Source: an uncultured Candidatus Binatia bacterium (GTDB taxonomy: Bacteria; Desulfobacterota; Binatia; UBA9968; JAJDTQ01). Taken from it: a DNA stretch of 64,000 bases. This document shows, piece after piece, positions 1 through 8,737 of the stretch; position 1 is the stretch's first letter, and the number at the start of each line of letters is the position of its first letter. Below the pieces are notes generated by a model that saw only the letters and a program-made list of their open reading frames with translations, did not search any database and was not told the origin of the DNA. The position numbers and the translations under genes are program-made. Location of the stretch: NCBI GenBank assembly GCA_965242525.1, contig OZ251459.1, positions 864,001 to 928,000 on the forward strand, written 5' to 3'.

Positions 1-137
1 TTCCCTGGGAGTCACGCCGGAAGGCCCTCGGAAGCTCTCTTGCGACTGTGTAGCAAAAGCCGGACGGCGAAACAACGCGCGCAACGACGCGCACGCAATG
101 ACGCGCGCGCGGAGGGGCGAAATCCGAACCGGCGATC

Positions 138-166
138 TTGCATCATCCCACCGGACGGTTTACTGT
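138..166 (+). promoter_or_regulatory. putative sigma70 promoter
   Basis: TTGCAT-17 nt-TACTGT about 60 nt upstream of the first CDS. Confidence 0.4.
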
Positions 167-226
167 AAAACCGAGACGGGCGGCGGAGCGGACCGAGGAC
201 GACCCGACCGAAAGGAGGGAAAGCCC

Positions 227-1045
227 ATGCCCATCATCACCATCATTCGTGGAGCCTTTGGCGCAGGCCTGGAGGTGGCCGAGCGGGTCGCCGGAGACCT
301 GGGTTGCCCGTGTGTCGACCGGGAGGTGCTGATGGAGGCGAGCAACCGTTACGGCATTCCCGAAGCCAAGTACGAGGAGGTGCTGGAATCCGGGCCGCAC
401 TGGTGGGAGCGCTGGCGCGAGAGCCTGCGCCTGTACCGCATCACGCTCCAGGCGGCCATGTGCGAGATGGCCCGGGAGGGCGAGCTCGTTTACCACGGCC
501 ACATGGGGCAGGAGCTCCTGCCGGGGGTGGGCCACGTGCTGAAGGTCCTGCTGACGGCGCCCCTGGAATACCAGGTGGAGCAGGTGCGGGAGCGGGAAGG
601 GCTCGACGAGGCAGGGGCCCGGCGTTTCGTCGAAGGCGTCAACAAGGCCCGTTCCCGGCGCATGGAGGCCATTTTCGGGGCGGACTGGCGCGACGCGTCG
701 CGCTACGACCTGGTGCTGAACGTGGGCCAGATGACCGTGGATACGGCGGCCCGGTTGATCGAGGACGCGGTGGGGAGGCCCGAGTACCAGAAGACCGCGG
801 AGTCGGAGCAGGCCTTCGCCGACCTGTCGCTGACCTCCCGGGTCCAGGCGGCGCTGATCGTGTCGCCCAAGACCCGCAACCTGAACGTGCGCGTCCGGGC
901 CGCCAACGGCGTGGTCCACGTTTCCGGCATCCTGACCCAGCCCGCGCTCCAGGAAGAGATCGTCGCGGTGGCGGAGCAGGTGCCCGGGACCGCCTCGGTG
1001 GAGACGGACTTCGAGTCGCCTCCGGTGGAGTACATGTTTCCGTAG
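227..1045 (+). CDS. cytidylate kinase-like family protein with C-terminal BON domain
   Basis: AGGAGG RBS before ATG 227. N-terminal IITIIRGAFGAG, VYHGH and RYDLVLN are typical of the Cytidylate_kin2 family. The C-terminal VRAANGVVHVSG...AEQVPGTASVE is BON-like. Confidence 0.8.
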   Translation: MPIITIIRGAFGAGLEVAERVAGDLGCPCVDREVLMEASNRYGIPEAKYEEVLESGPHWWERWRESLRLYRITLQAAMCEMAREGELVYHGHMGQELLPGVGHVLKVLLTAPLEYQVEQVREREGLDEAGARRFVEGVNKARSRRMEAIFGADWRDASRYDLVLNVGQMTVDTAARLIEDAVGRPEYQKTAESEQAFADLSLTSRVQAALIVSPKTRNLNVRVRAANGVVHVSGILTQPALQEEIVAVAEQVPGTASVETDFESPPVEYMFP

Positions 1046-1080
1046 CGCACGGTCCCGCCAGGGACCGCAGAGGAGGGGAA

Positions 1081-2052
1081 ATGGCACGGAAGGGAATCCT
1101 GGTGACCGGGGGCGCCGGTCTCGTGGGCGCATACGTGGTGGGGATGCTGCTCGAGCGCGGCGAGCGGCCGGTGGTCTTCGACGTGGCGGTCAACGAGCGG
1201 CTGCTGAACGCGGTGGGAGTCGATCCTGCGTCGGTGGAGACCGTGCGCGGCGACGTCCTGGACCTGCCGCAACTGGTCGGCGCGGTGCGCGACCACGACG
1301 TGGGCCAGATCATCCACCTGGCCGCGTTCCTGGGCGAGGAAGTGCAGCGGCGGCCCTATACCGGCGTGCGCTTGAACCTCATGGGCACGGTGAACGTGCT
1401 CGAGGCGGCGCGCCTGGAGGGCGTGCCGCGGGTCACCTTCCCGAGCTCCGGCACGGTTTACCTGGGGTCGCTGGGGGAGGGGCTGCGGAAGATCGACGAG
1501 ACCGTCCCGGTGAACCCGCCGTCGGTGTACGCCGCCACCAAGGGGGGCTCGGAGTTCCTGGGCAACGCCTACGCCCGGATGTACGGCTTCGAGTTCGTGT
1601 GCGTGCGATACGTGGGAGGGCTCTACGGCCCGTCGCCCACCACCATGAAGGCGACCCGGGAACAGGCCATCCAGCAGATGGTCCGGGCGGCCCTGAAGCG
1701 TGACGAGACCGCGGTCAACTGGCCCTATGGCCCCACCGAGATCCTCTACGGCAAGGACGCGGCCAAGGGCACGGTGCTGGCGGCGTTGAAACCCGAGCAC
1801 GAGGACCGGCTGTTCCACATCGGGTGCAGCGGCATGGTCAGCGGCGACGACATCCTGGACGAGCTGAAGCGCCAGTTCCCCGAGTCCCGGGTGACCCTGC
1901 GGAAGGGCGGCAAACCCATGCCCTATCCCGAGACCCGGCTCCTGACCGACCTGTCCCGGGCGTCGGAGCAACTGGGCTACGAGCCCGACTACCCGCTCGA
2001 CAAGGCGTTGGCGGACTACGCCGTGACCCTCGGGAAGCTCGAAGGGTCGTAG
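1081..2052 (+). CDS. NAD-dependent epimerase/dehydratase (extended SDR)
   Basis: ILVTGGAGLVG Rossmann motif, HLAA, catalytic YAATK; RBS GAGGAGG. Confidence 0.88.
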   Translation: MARKGILVTGGAGLVGAYVVGMLLERGERPVVFDVAVNERLLNAVGVDPASVETVRGDVLDLPQLVGAVRDHDVGQIIHLAAFLGEEVQRRPYTGVRLNLMGTVNVLEAARLEGVPRVTFPSSGTVYLGSLGEGLRKIDETVPVNPPSVYAATKGGSEFLGNAYARMYGFEFVCVRYVGGLYGPSPTTMKATREQAIQQMVRAALKRDETAVNWPYGPTEILYGKDAAKGTVLAALKPEHEDRLFHIGCSGMVSGDDILDELKRQFPESRVTLRKGGKPMPYPETRLLTDLSRASEQLGYEPDYPLDKALADYAVTLGKLEGS

Positions 2053-2113
2053 CCGCGGACGCCGCCGGCGTCTGCGCGGCGCAGACGCCCCCGGCCATGA
2101 ACCGTTCCCGTCC

Positions 2114-2713
2114 ATGATCGTTGCCGTCGTCCTGGCCGCGGGCGCTTCCACCCGCATGGGAAGGCCCAAAGCGCTCCTGCCGGTGGAGGGGATCCCCTTC
2201 ATCGAACGCATCGTGCGTTCGCTGGAGCGCACGCGCGTGGACCGGACCCTGGTGGTCCTCGGCCACGACTCGGACGCCATGCGGGAGGCGGTCGCCTACC
2301 TGGGGGTGGAAACCGCGGTCAACCCGGACTACGCCCGCGGACAGCTCTCCTCGCTGCAGACCGCCATCCGCGCCCTGGAAGGGGAGCCGGTGGAGGCGAT
2401 CCTGACGCACCTGGTGGACCACCCCTTCATCGAGAGCAGGCTGGTGGACCGGATGATCGAGCGCTTCCGGGCAGAGAAGAAACTCATCGTGGTGCCGCGC
2501 TTCGCCGGCCGGCGCGGCCATCCGGTGCTCTTCTCCGGCAAGCTCTTCCCCGAGTTCCTGGCGGCGGCGCCGGAGGCCGGCGCCAAGCCGGTGGTGCGGG
2601 GCCACCCGGACGAGACCCTGGAGCTGGAGACCGGCGAGGAAGGGGTCCTCATCGACATCGACACCCCCGAAGAGTACCGCAAGCACGTAAGGAGCGACGG
2701 ATGGCCCGGTTGA
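2114..2713 (+). CDS. mocA: molybdenum cofactor cytidylyltransferase-like nucleotidyltransferase
   Basis: VLAAGASTRMGRPKALL, DHP, GHPVLF and DIDTPEEY motifs. Confidence 0.8.
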   Translation: MIVAVVLAAGASTRMGRPKALLPVEGIPFIERIVRSLERTRVDRTLVVLGHDSDAMREAVAYLGVETAVNPDYARGQLSSLQTAIRALEGEPVEAILTHLVDHPFIESRLVDRMIERFRAEKKLIVVPRFAGRRGHPVLFSGKLFPEFLAAAPEAGAKPVVRGHPDETLELETGEEGVLIDIDTPEEYRKHVRSDGWPG

Positions 2714-3696
2714 ACCTCGATTTCGCGTGCGGCAGCTACGACCTGTTGCGGCCCCTGTGGGAGAAGGCGGTGGAGCCCGCGGGCATCGACCTGAACGTGA
2801 TGACCATGCCGTCGCCCGAGCGCCACGGGCGCATGCTGCGCCACGAGGAGTTCGACGCGTGCGAGCTCTCCCTGGTGGGTTACCTGGTGGCCCGCGACCA
2901 GGGCCGGGACTTCACCGCCATACCCGCGTTCCCGCACCGGCGTTTCCGCCACGGCTACATGGTGAAGCGCACCGGCTGCGGCATCGATCAGCCCTCGGAC
3001 CTGAACGGCAAGCGGGTGGGCCTCGACACCCTGCAGAACTCCGCGGGCCTGTGGATGCGCGGCATACTCCAGGACTACCACGGCCTCGACCTCGGCTCGG
3101 TGGAGTGGTGGTGCCAGGAGGCCGAGGACGCGCCCCTGGAGCCGGCCGCGTGGATGAAGGTGCGCCGGGTGCCCGAAGGCCGGAACATCGACGAGATGCT
3201 TTGCCGCGGGGAGCTCGAAGGGGCGCTCTACCCGGAGGTCCTCCCGTCCGTCCGGGCGGGTTCCGGGAAGGTGGCGCCGTTGTTCCCGGACCCCAGGCAG
3301 GCGGAAGTGGAGTATTACCGCAAGAGCGGCATCTTCCCCATCATGCACACGGTGGTGGTCAAGGACGAGATCCTCCGGCGCGACCCCTGGGCCGCGGTGA
3401 GCCTGCTGCAGGCCCTCCAGCGCTCCAAGGAGGTGTGCTACGAGCGCATGCGCGACCCTCGCAGCCTGGCCCTGGTGTGGGCCAGGGAGGAGACCGAGGA
3501 GCAGCGCCGGATCTTCGGACCGGACCCCTGGCCCTACAACCTGGAGGACAACCGGGCGGCCCTCGAAGCGGTGGTCCGCTACGAGTTCGAGCAGGGCATG
3601 ACAAGCGCAAGCCCGCCATCGAAGAGCTGTTCTTCCCGCCTTCCCTCCAGGAAATCGGCCGCTACGTCTGAGCCCTGCGGCCTGCCGGACCCCTGA
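2701..3696 (+). CDS. 4,5-dihydroxyphthalate decarboxylase-like / ABC substrate-binding-fold protein (apparent frameshift near the 3' end; likely true stop at 3671)
   Basis: CGSYD, EFDACELSL, IPAFPHRRFRH, IFPIMHTVVV and DPWPY motifs. A family-like C-terminus (KRKPAIEELF) lies in another frame after about 3601. Confidence 0.75.
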   Translation: MARLNLDFACGSYDLLRPLWEKAVEPAGIDLNVMTMPSPERHGRMLRHEEFDACELSLVGYLVARDQGRDFTAIPAFPHRRFRHGYMVKRTGCGIDQPSDLNGKRVGLDTLQNSAGLWMRGILQDYHGLDLGSVEWWCQEAEDAPLEPAAWMKVRRVPEGRNIDEMLCRGELEGALYPEVLPSVRAGSGKVAPLFPDPRQAEVEYYRKSGIFPIMHTVVVKDEILRRDPWAAVSLLQALQRSKEVCYERMRDPRSLALVWAREETEEQRRIFGPDPWPYNLEDNRAALEAVVRYEFEQGMTSASPPSKSCSSRLPSRKSAATSEPCGLPDP

Positions 3697-4002
3697 CGGG
3701 TTCGGCGGCTCGTTGACACCATCCACCGAGTCTGTGGATAACCTGTTCAAGGGGCGTCCGGGGGCCGGTCGCGAGCCTTGGGAGCCGCCCGTTCCAGCAA
3801 CCTGCACAAAGTGTAACCAGGGTTTTCCCCGTGTTTTCGTCCGGTTGCCGATATTCCCCGCGGAGCGGGCGGTTCCGCCCGCCCGGTCGGGGAATCCGGA
3901 CGGATCTCGTTGCCGGGCGCGGACGCGCCGGGGCCGGTTGACAGGGTCGCGGCGGATTGGATAAAGCTGGACCGGTTTCCAGCCAACGCCGGGAGGGTCT
4001 CC

Positions 4003-4788
4003 ATGAGTGACGCGCCGACGCCGGTCAAGAGGCGCCTGGTCCGAACCATGTCGGACACCATCGAGACGGACATCCGTCGGGTCCACGTCATCGCCAACGA
4101 GATCCTCCGGCGTTACCGCAAGCCCGAGTTGTCCTTCGAGGAACTGCGCAAGGTGGCGGACGGGCCGTTCGACTTCTTCCTCGCGCCCATCCTGTTCCCG
4201 GAAGACTGCCGGCTGGACCCGGACATCATCTACAACGAGGGCGTGCGGCGCGAGATCCGCGGCCACGCCCTGGAGATCGCCCGCCGCCGCGGGTTCGACG
4301 TGGACCCGCCGGACTTCATCCCCGGGGTGGAGGAATCCCTGCGGGAGGCCCGGGACGCGGGCCTGGGCAACGTGGTGCTCACCACCAGCGGTCGGCGCTA
4401 CAAGCACCGGGTCATGGAGGAGCAGGGCATCAGCGGGTACTTCGAGGAGATCATCGACCGGGACGAGACCTATTTCCGGAAGGAGCAGGGGATCTACCAC
4501 CTGTTCCGGAAGCTCGCCGTCCCCAGGCTGGAAGTGGTCCTCGTGTCGGGAACCGCCAGCTACCTGCGGGCGGGCAACAACCTGGAGTTCGCCACCGTGG
4601 CCGGCAACGAACTCTCGGTGTTCACCGTCGCCCTGGCCACCGAGTACTCCTACAACGACGAGGAGACGCTGCTGGCCGCAAAGCCCAAGATGCTCGTCCG
4701 GAGCCTGGGCGAGCTCGTCCCGGGTCTCCTATCCCGGGGACCACTTGGTCTTGGGGGTGTCGAGCCGCTCGCCGTCCACGCGGATTGA
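4003..4788 (+). CDS. HAD-superfamily hydrolase-like protein with degenerate catalytic motifs
   Basis: Phosphoglycolate-phosphatase-like layout (FIPGVEESL, VLTTS, GYFEEII, ETLLAAKP), but the motif I DxD is replaced by RTMSD. Confidence 0.65.
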   Translation: MSDAPTPVKRRLVRTMSDTIETDIRRVHVIANEILRRYRKPELSFEELRKVADGPFDFFLAPILFPEDCRLDPDIIYNEGVRREIRGHALEIARRRGFDVDPPDFIPGVEESLREARDAGLGNVVLTTSGRRYKHRVMEEQGISGYFEEIIDRDETYFRKEQGIYHLFRKLAVPRLEVVLVSGTASYLRAGNNLEFATVAGNELSVFTVALATEYSYNDEETLLAAKPKMLVRSLGELVPGLLSRGPLGLGGVEPLAVHAD

Positions 4789-5526
4789 ATCCACCCGCTC
4801 GTTGAAGAAGCACATCAGGTCCTTGACCCCGGGGCATTCGGGTATGGCGTACTCGTAGCTCCACGCCACGTCCTCGAACAGCGTCCCGCCCGCGTTGGCC
4901 GACCAGTAGCTGGCGATGCCCTTGTAGGGGCAGCGGGACCGGGTGTCGCTGGACTCCAGCAGGTCCATGCGCACGTCTTCCCGAGGCAGGTAGTAGCGGA
5001 GCAGGTGGCCGGTCTCGATGACGAGCCTGGGGCGCGTGGAATCGGCCACTACTTCGCCGCCGACGGTCACCTGGACGTGGCGCGAGCTGTGCAACACATC
5101 GACCCTCTTGTAGGGGTCCCGTGCGTGGACGAAGACCTCGTCCTCTTCCTCGTACCAAGCGTCCATCCGGTCCCAGTAGAAGGAGACGTACCCGGCGATG
5201 TCCCGGGACTCTGCCTTGGGGTCGAGGTAGCTCCAGGCCGCGGACTCGACGGTCTTGCCGCCCGCGGCCGCGTCCCAGTACGAAGCCTCGCCCTTGTAGG
5301 GGCATCGGGTGCGGCGGTCGTTGGGGGAGAGGAACTCCATTCGCACGTCGTCCCGCGGGAAGTAATAGACGGGCACGTGTCCCGCCTCCCGCACCAGCAT
5401 GGCGCGTCTCGTGTCCGCCAGGGTCTCGCCGCCGAACGCCACCCGCACGCGCCGGGGGCTCTCCTCGAAGTCGAGCCAGTGGTGGGTGATCTCGCCGTAG
5501 CTCCGGGGCTTGTGTACGGTCTCCAT
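4729..5526 (-). CDS. tandem DUF427 domain protein
   Basis: Two repeats of YYxPRxDVRM...CPYKGxASYW...AWSY; RBS AGGAGG. Confidence 0.9.
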   Translation of the reverse strand: METVHKPRSYGEITHHWLDFEESPRRVRVAFGGETLADTRRAMLVREAGHVPVYYFPRDDVRMEFLSPNDRRTRCPYKGEASYWDAAAGGKTVESAAWSYLDPKAESRDIAGYVSFYWDRMDAWYEEEDEVFVHARDPYKRVDVLHSSRHVQVTVGGEVVADSTRPRLVIETGHLLRYYLPREDVRMDLLESSDTRSRCPYKGIASYWSANAGGTLFEDVAWSYEYAIPECPGVKDLMCFFNERVDSIRVDGERLDTPKTKWSPG

Positions 5527-5575
5527 GGACGGTCCTCCTGTGCGTGTTGGGCGGACGGCAGCCGATAGGCTCCTG

Positions 5576-5640
5576 CCGGACGGCATTCTGTTCCCGCGAA
5601 CCCGTCCCCGTCAAGCCTCGACCCATCGGGCTCCACCTTC
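5576..5640. repeat. 65-bp direct repeat, copy 1 (contains a minus-strand promoter-like element)
   Basis: Matches 7029-7093 with 4 mismatches; minus strand reads TTGACG-18 nt-CAGAAT. Confidence 0.9.
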
Positions 5641-5676
5641 AGGGACTGCCGGTTCCCGGTCATGATCCCCGATTGT

Positions 5677-6960
5677 TCAGGGTTTCTGGTAACGGTAACG
5701 TCTCCAAGGTCTTCCCTGGAGATGCGGCGCTGACGGCTCGATGCGGTAGAGCGCTCCATTCCCATGGTCGGTGAGCAGATACAAGCGACCGTCCGGCCCC
5801 TGGCGCACGTCCCGGATGCGCCCCAGGCGGCCTTCCAGCATCGCCTCCTGCAGAACGACCGCCCTGCCGCGCAGCACGATGCGGCGCAGATGGCGGCCGC
5901 GGAGCGCTCCCACGAACAGGTTGCCGCGCCAGCGCGGAAACTCGGTCCCGGTGTAGAACGCCATCCCCGACGGCGCGATGGCGGGGGTCCAGTGCAACAG
6001 CGGAGGCTCCATTCCCGGAGCTTCGCTGCCGACCCCGATTTGCCCCCCTCCTCCCTTTCCCTCCTCCCCGTACTCGCGGCCGTGGGTCGCCACCGGCCAG
6101 CCGTAGTTGGCGCCGCCGCGCAGGATGTTGACCTCGTCGCCGCCGTACGGGCCGTGCTCGTGGATCCAGACGGCGCCGGTGGCGGGATGGATGGCCAAAC
6201 CCTGGGGGTTGCGATGGCCGAAGGTGAACACTTCGGGCGCGGCGCCGGGAATGGCGAGGGCGGCGGTGCGCGGCGACGGACTGCCGTCCGGCCGGATGCG
6301 CAGCACCGAGCCGGCGTGGTCGGACGGGTCCTGGGCGCGATGGCGCTCCCCGCGGTCTCCCACGGTCACCAGCAGGTCGCCGTCGGGAAGGAACGCCAGG
6401 CGCGACCCGAACTCCTGGGTTCCAGGCAGAAAACTGTTCATGGCGAAGATGCGGCGCACCGAGACCAGGCGGTCGCCGGCCAGCTCGGCGCGTGCGACCG
6501 CAGTGCGATACATCCTCCCTCCCAACCGACCAACCAACCATGCCAGTGGGGGCTTCTCCGTATAGGAGAAGTAAAGCAGTCGATCGTCGGCAAAGCCGGG
6601 ACTCAACGCCAAGTCCAGCAGACCACCGCGGCCCACCGCGGCGACGGGAGGCAGTCCGCGGATGGGGCGTTTACGGCCGTCCGCCCCCACGCGGAGCAGA
6701 CTCCCGTAGCGTTCGGTAACCAGCATGTCGCCGCCGGGCAGGAACGCCACCGCCCAGGGACGCTGCAGCCCGGTGGCCACCCGGACCACCCGGAACGAAT
6801 GTTCCAGCGAAGAAGCCTCCATCGAACCAAGTCGCTGCGTCCGTTCCGCCGCGCCTTGGCGTGGGAGCAGCAACAGGAACGAAACCGCAATGGCCGTCAC
6901 GGTCGCCGTGCGCCGCAAAAGACCGCGCCCGGCGCCGCGCCGGAACGTTCTTTCGATCAT
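5677..6960 (-). CDS. PQQ-dependent glucose/sorbosone dehydrogenase (YliI-like), secreted
   Basis: GLQRPWAVAFLP, GGLLD, GHRNPQG, EHGPYGGDEVN, GANYGWP and RIRDV motifs; N-terminal signal peptide. Confidence 0.9.
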   Translation of the reverse strand: MIERTFRRGAGRGLLRRTATVTAIAVSFLLLLPRQGAAERTQRLGSMEASSLEHSFRVVRVATGLQRPWAVAFLPGGDMLVTERYGSLLRVGADGRKRPIRGLPPVAAVGRGGLLDLALSPGFADDRLLYFSYTEKPPLAWLVGRLGGRMYRTAVARAELAGDRLVSVRRIFAMNSFLPGTQEFGSRLAFLPDGDLLVTVGDRGERHRAQDPSDHAGSVLRIRPDGSPSPRTAALAIPGAAPEVFTFGHRNPQGLAIHPATGAVWIHEHGPYGGDEVNILRGGANYGWPVATHGREYGEEGKGGGGQIGVGSEAPGMEPPLLHWTPAIAPSGMAFYTGTEFPRWRGNLFVGALRGRHLRRIVLRGRAVVLQEAMLEGRLGRIRDVRQGPDGRLYLLTDHGNGALYRIEPSAPHLQGRPWRRYRYQKP

Positions 6961-7028
6961 CGGTTCTCCTTCTCCGGGAACTGCCACCCCGCGTCGTAGT
7001 GGCAGGTGTAGCGGGGCGGGCGTTTCTC

Positions 7029-7093
7029 CCGGACGGGATTCTGTCCCCGCGAACCCGTCCCCGTCAAGCCTCGACCCATCGGGACCCACCTTC
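7029..7093. repeat. 65-bp direct repeat, copy 2
   Basis: Matches 5576-5640. Confidence 0.9.
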
Positions 7094-7238
7094 GGGAGCG
7101 CGGATTCCCGGTTCCCGTTCCGGGGGTTCCCGGTCGTGGTCCCCTATTTCAGGTCTTCCCGGTTTCCGGTCCGCGATTTCGCTTGGCGTTCCCGCCCCCC
7201 CCGTTGTAGAACTTCGGAAACCCCCGAAGGGAGACCCC

Positions 7239-7706
7239 ATGAAGCATGAGCCCGGAGACCAGGCGCCGGATTTCCGGTTGATGGACCAGGACGGAGAACC
7301 CCGCAAGCTGTCCTCGTACAGGGGCCAATGGGTGTTGTTGTTCTTCTATCCCAAGGACGCCACCCCCGGCTGAACGAAGGAGGCCCGCAGTTTGCGGGAC
7401 CACATGGACGCGTTCCGCGAAGCCGGGGCTGCGGTATTGGGAGTGAGCGTGGACCCGGTGAAGAGCCACGCCAAGTTCGCCGCCAAGCACGACCTTCCCT
7501 TTCCGCTGCTGGCGGACGAGGACAAGGAGGCGGTGCGGCTGTACGACGTGTGGGGCACGAAGAAGTTCATGGGGAGGGAGTACGAGGGGACCCACCGGAT
7601 GTCGTTCCTCATCGATCCGAAGGGGAAGATCGCCAGGATCTACGAGAAGGTGAAGCCCGAGCAGCACGCCCGGGAGGTGCTGGACGACCTGGCGGAGTTG
7701 GCGTAG
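7239..7706 (+). CDS. bcp: peroxiredoxin Q/BCP, selenocysteine-containing (UGA at 7371-7373)
   Basis: FFYPKDATPG-TGA-TKEARSLRD continues in frame to GVSVD...FPLLAD...RMSFLID. The TGA is exactly at the peroxidatic Cys of PxxxTPGC. Confidence 0.88.
7382..7401 (+). promoter_or_regulatory. putative bacterial SECIS element
   Basis: GG-CCCGCA-GTT-TGCGGG-A-CC hairpin; the apical loop starts with G, 16 nt after the UGA. Confidence 0.65.
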
Positions 7707-7839
7707 TGCCCGGTGGGGTCGATTGCTCGATGGATAATCGACGCCCGAAGCCCTGCCGATGCTCCGAGGCGGTTGACGGAATCGTCCGGTCCCCTGGGGC
7801 CATGACGGCGACGACCATGCCGAGGCCGCGGGCGGCGCA

Positions 7840-8313
7840 GTGACGAGCGAGGTGTTGCGGAAGCGGGACGAAGCGTTCATGGCCTTGGCCCTGGCCGAAG
7901 CCGAGGCCGCGGCCGGTGAGGGCGAGGTTCCGGTGGGGGCGGTGGTGGTGCGCCGGGACACGGTGGTGGGGCAGGGCCGCAACCGGCGCGAGGCCCTGGC
8001 CGATCCCACGAGCCACGCCGAGGTCCTGGCCATGAGGGAGGCGGCCCGGGCGTGCGCGTCCTGGCGTCTGGAAGACTGTACGCTCTACGTGACCCTGGAG
8101 CCGTGCGTCATGTGCGCCGGCGCCGTCGTGCAGGCCCGCGTCGAGCGGCTGGTGTTCGGCTGCCCTGACCCCAAGGGGGGAGCGGTGAGGTCCCTCTACC
8201 GGATCTGCGACGACCCCCGCCTGAACCATCGGGCGGCGGTGGTCGAAGGCGTCCTGGGGGAGCGTTGCAGCGCGGTACTGCGAGGCTTCTTCACCGCCCT
8301 CCGGGAGAAATGA
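7840..8313 (+). CDS. tadA: tRNA adenosine(34) deaminase
   Basis: EVPVGAV, HAE, TLEPCVMC and LNH motifs. Confidence 0.93.
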   Translation: MTSEVLRKRDEAFMALALAEAEAAAGEGEVPVGAVVVRRDTVVGQGRNRREALADPTSHAEVLAMREAARACASWRLEDCTLYVTLEPCVMCAGAVVQARVERLVFGCPDPKGGAVRSLYRICDDPRLNHRAAVVEGVLGERCSAVLRGFFTALREK

Positions 8314-8344
8314 GCCGCGGGACCGAATTCGACGGAGGTTCATC

Positions 8345-8719
8345 ATGTCCGAGTTGACGAAGTTCCGTTCGTGGAACTTCCACGCGGAAGACCAGGAAGC
8401 CACCGTGCGCTTCTACCGGGAGGTCCTCGGCGCCGCGTTCCGCAAGGCCCACACGGTGAGCGGGGTGGAAGTGGTGCGGCTCGAACTGGCCGGCGTGGTC
8501 CTGGGGGTCTTCGACGCCTCCCGGGACCGGGCACCCCGGGTGCCCCACCACACCTTCGAGGTGGACGCTCCCGAGGACCCGGAGGACTTCGTGAAGGAAC
8601 TGGAGGCCAAGGGCGCCATCGTCAGCGAGATACGCCGCCACGGCGGCGGCAAGGGCTACTCGGTTTACGTCATCGACCCCGCGGGCAACCGTCTGGAGCT
8701 GTCCACCGCCTCGGGGTAG
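8345..8719 (+). CDS. VOC/glyoxalase family protein
   Basis: FYREVLG, HHTFEV and DPAGNRLEL motifs. Confidence 0.85.
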   Translation: MSELTKFRSWNFHAEDQEATVRFYREVLGAAFRKAHTVSGVEVVRLELAGVVLGVFDASRDRAPRVPHHTFEVDAPEDPEDFVKELEAKGAIVSEIRRHGGGKGYSVYVIDPAGNRLELSTASG

Positions 8720-8737
8720 CGTCCCGCCGCCCTTCGG

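Noticed and set aside
3700-3990. Replication origin
   Set aside because: Only one perfect DnaA box, no AT-rich unwinding element, and no dnaA/gidA/parAB context
7371-7373. bcp as a nonsense pseudogene
   Set aside because: The stop is TGA exactly at the catalytic Cys, followed by a SECIS-like hairpin and an intact downstream frame, so recoding is more parsimonious
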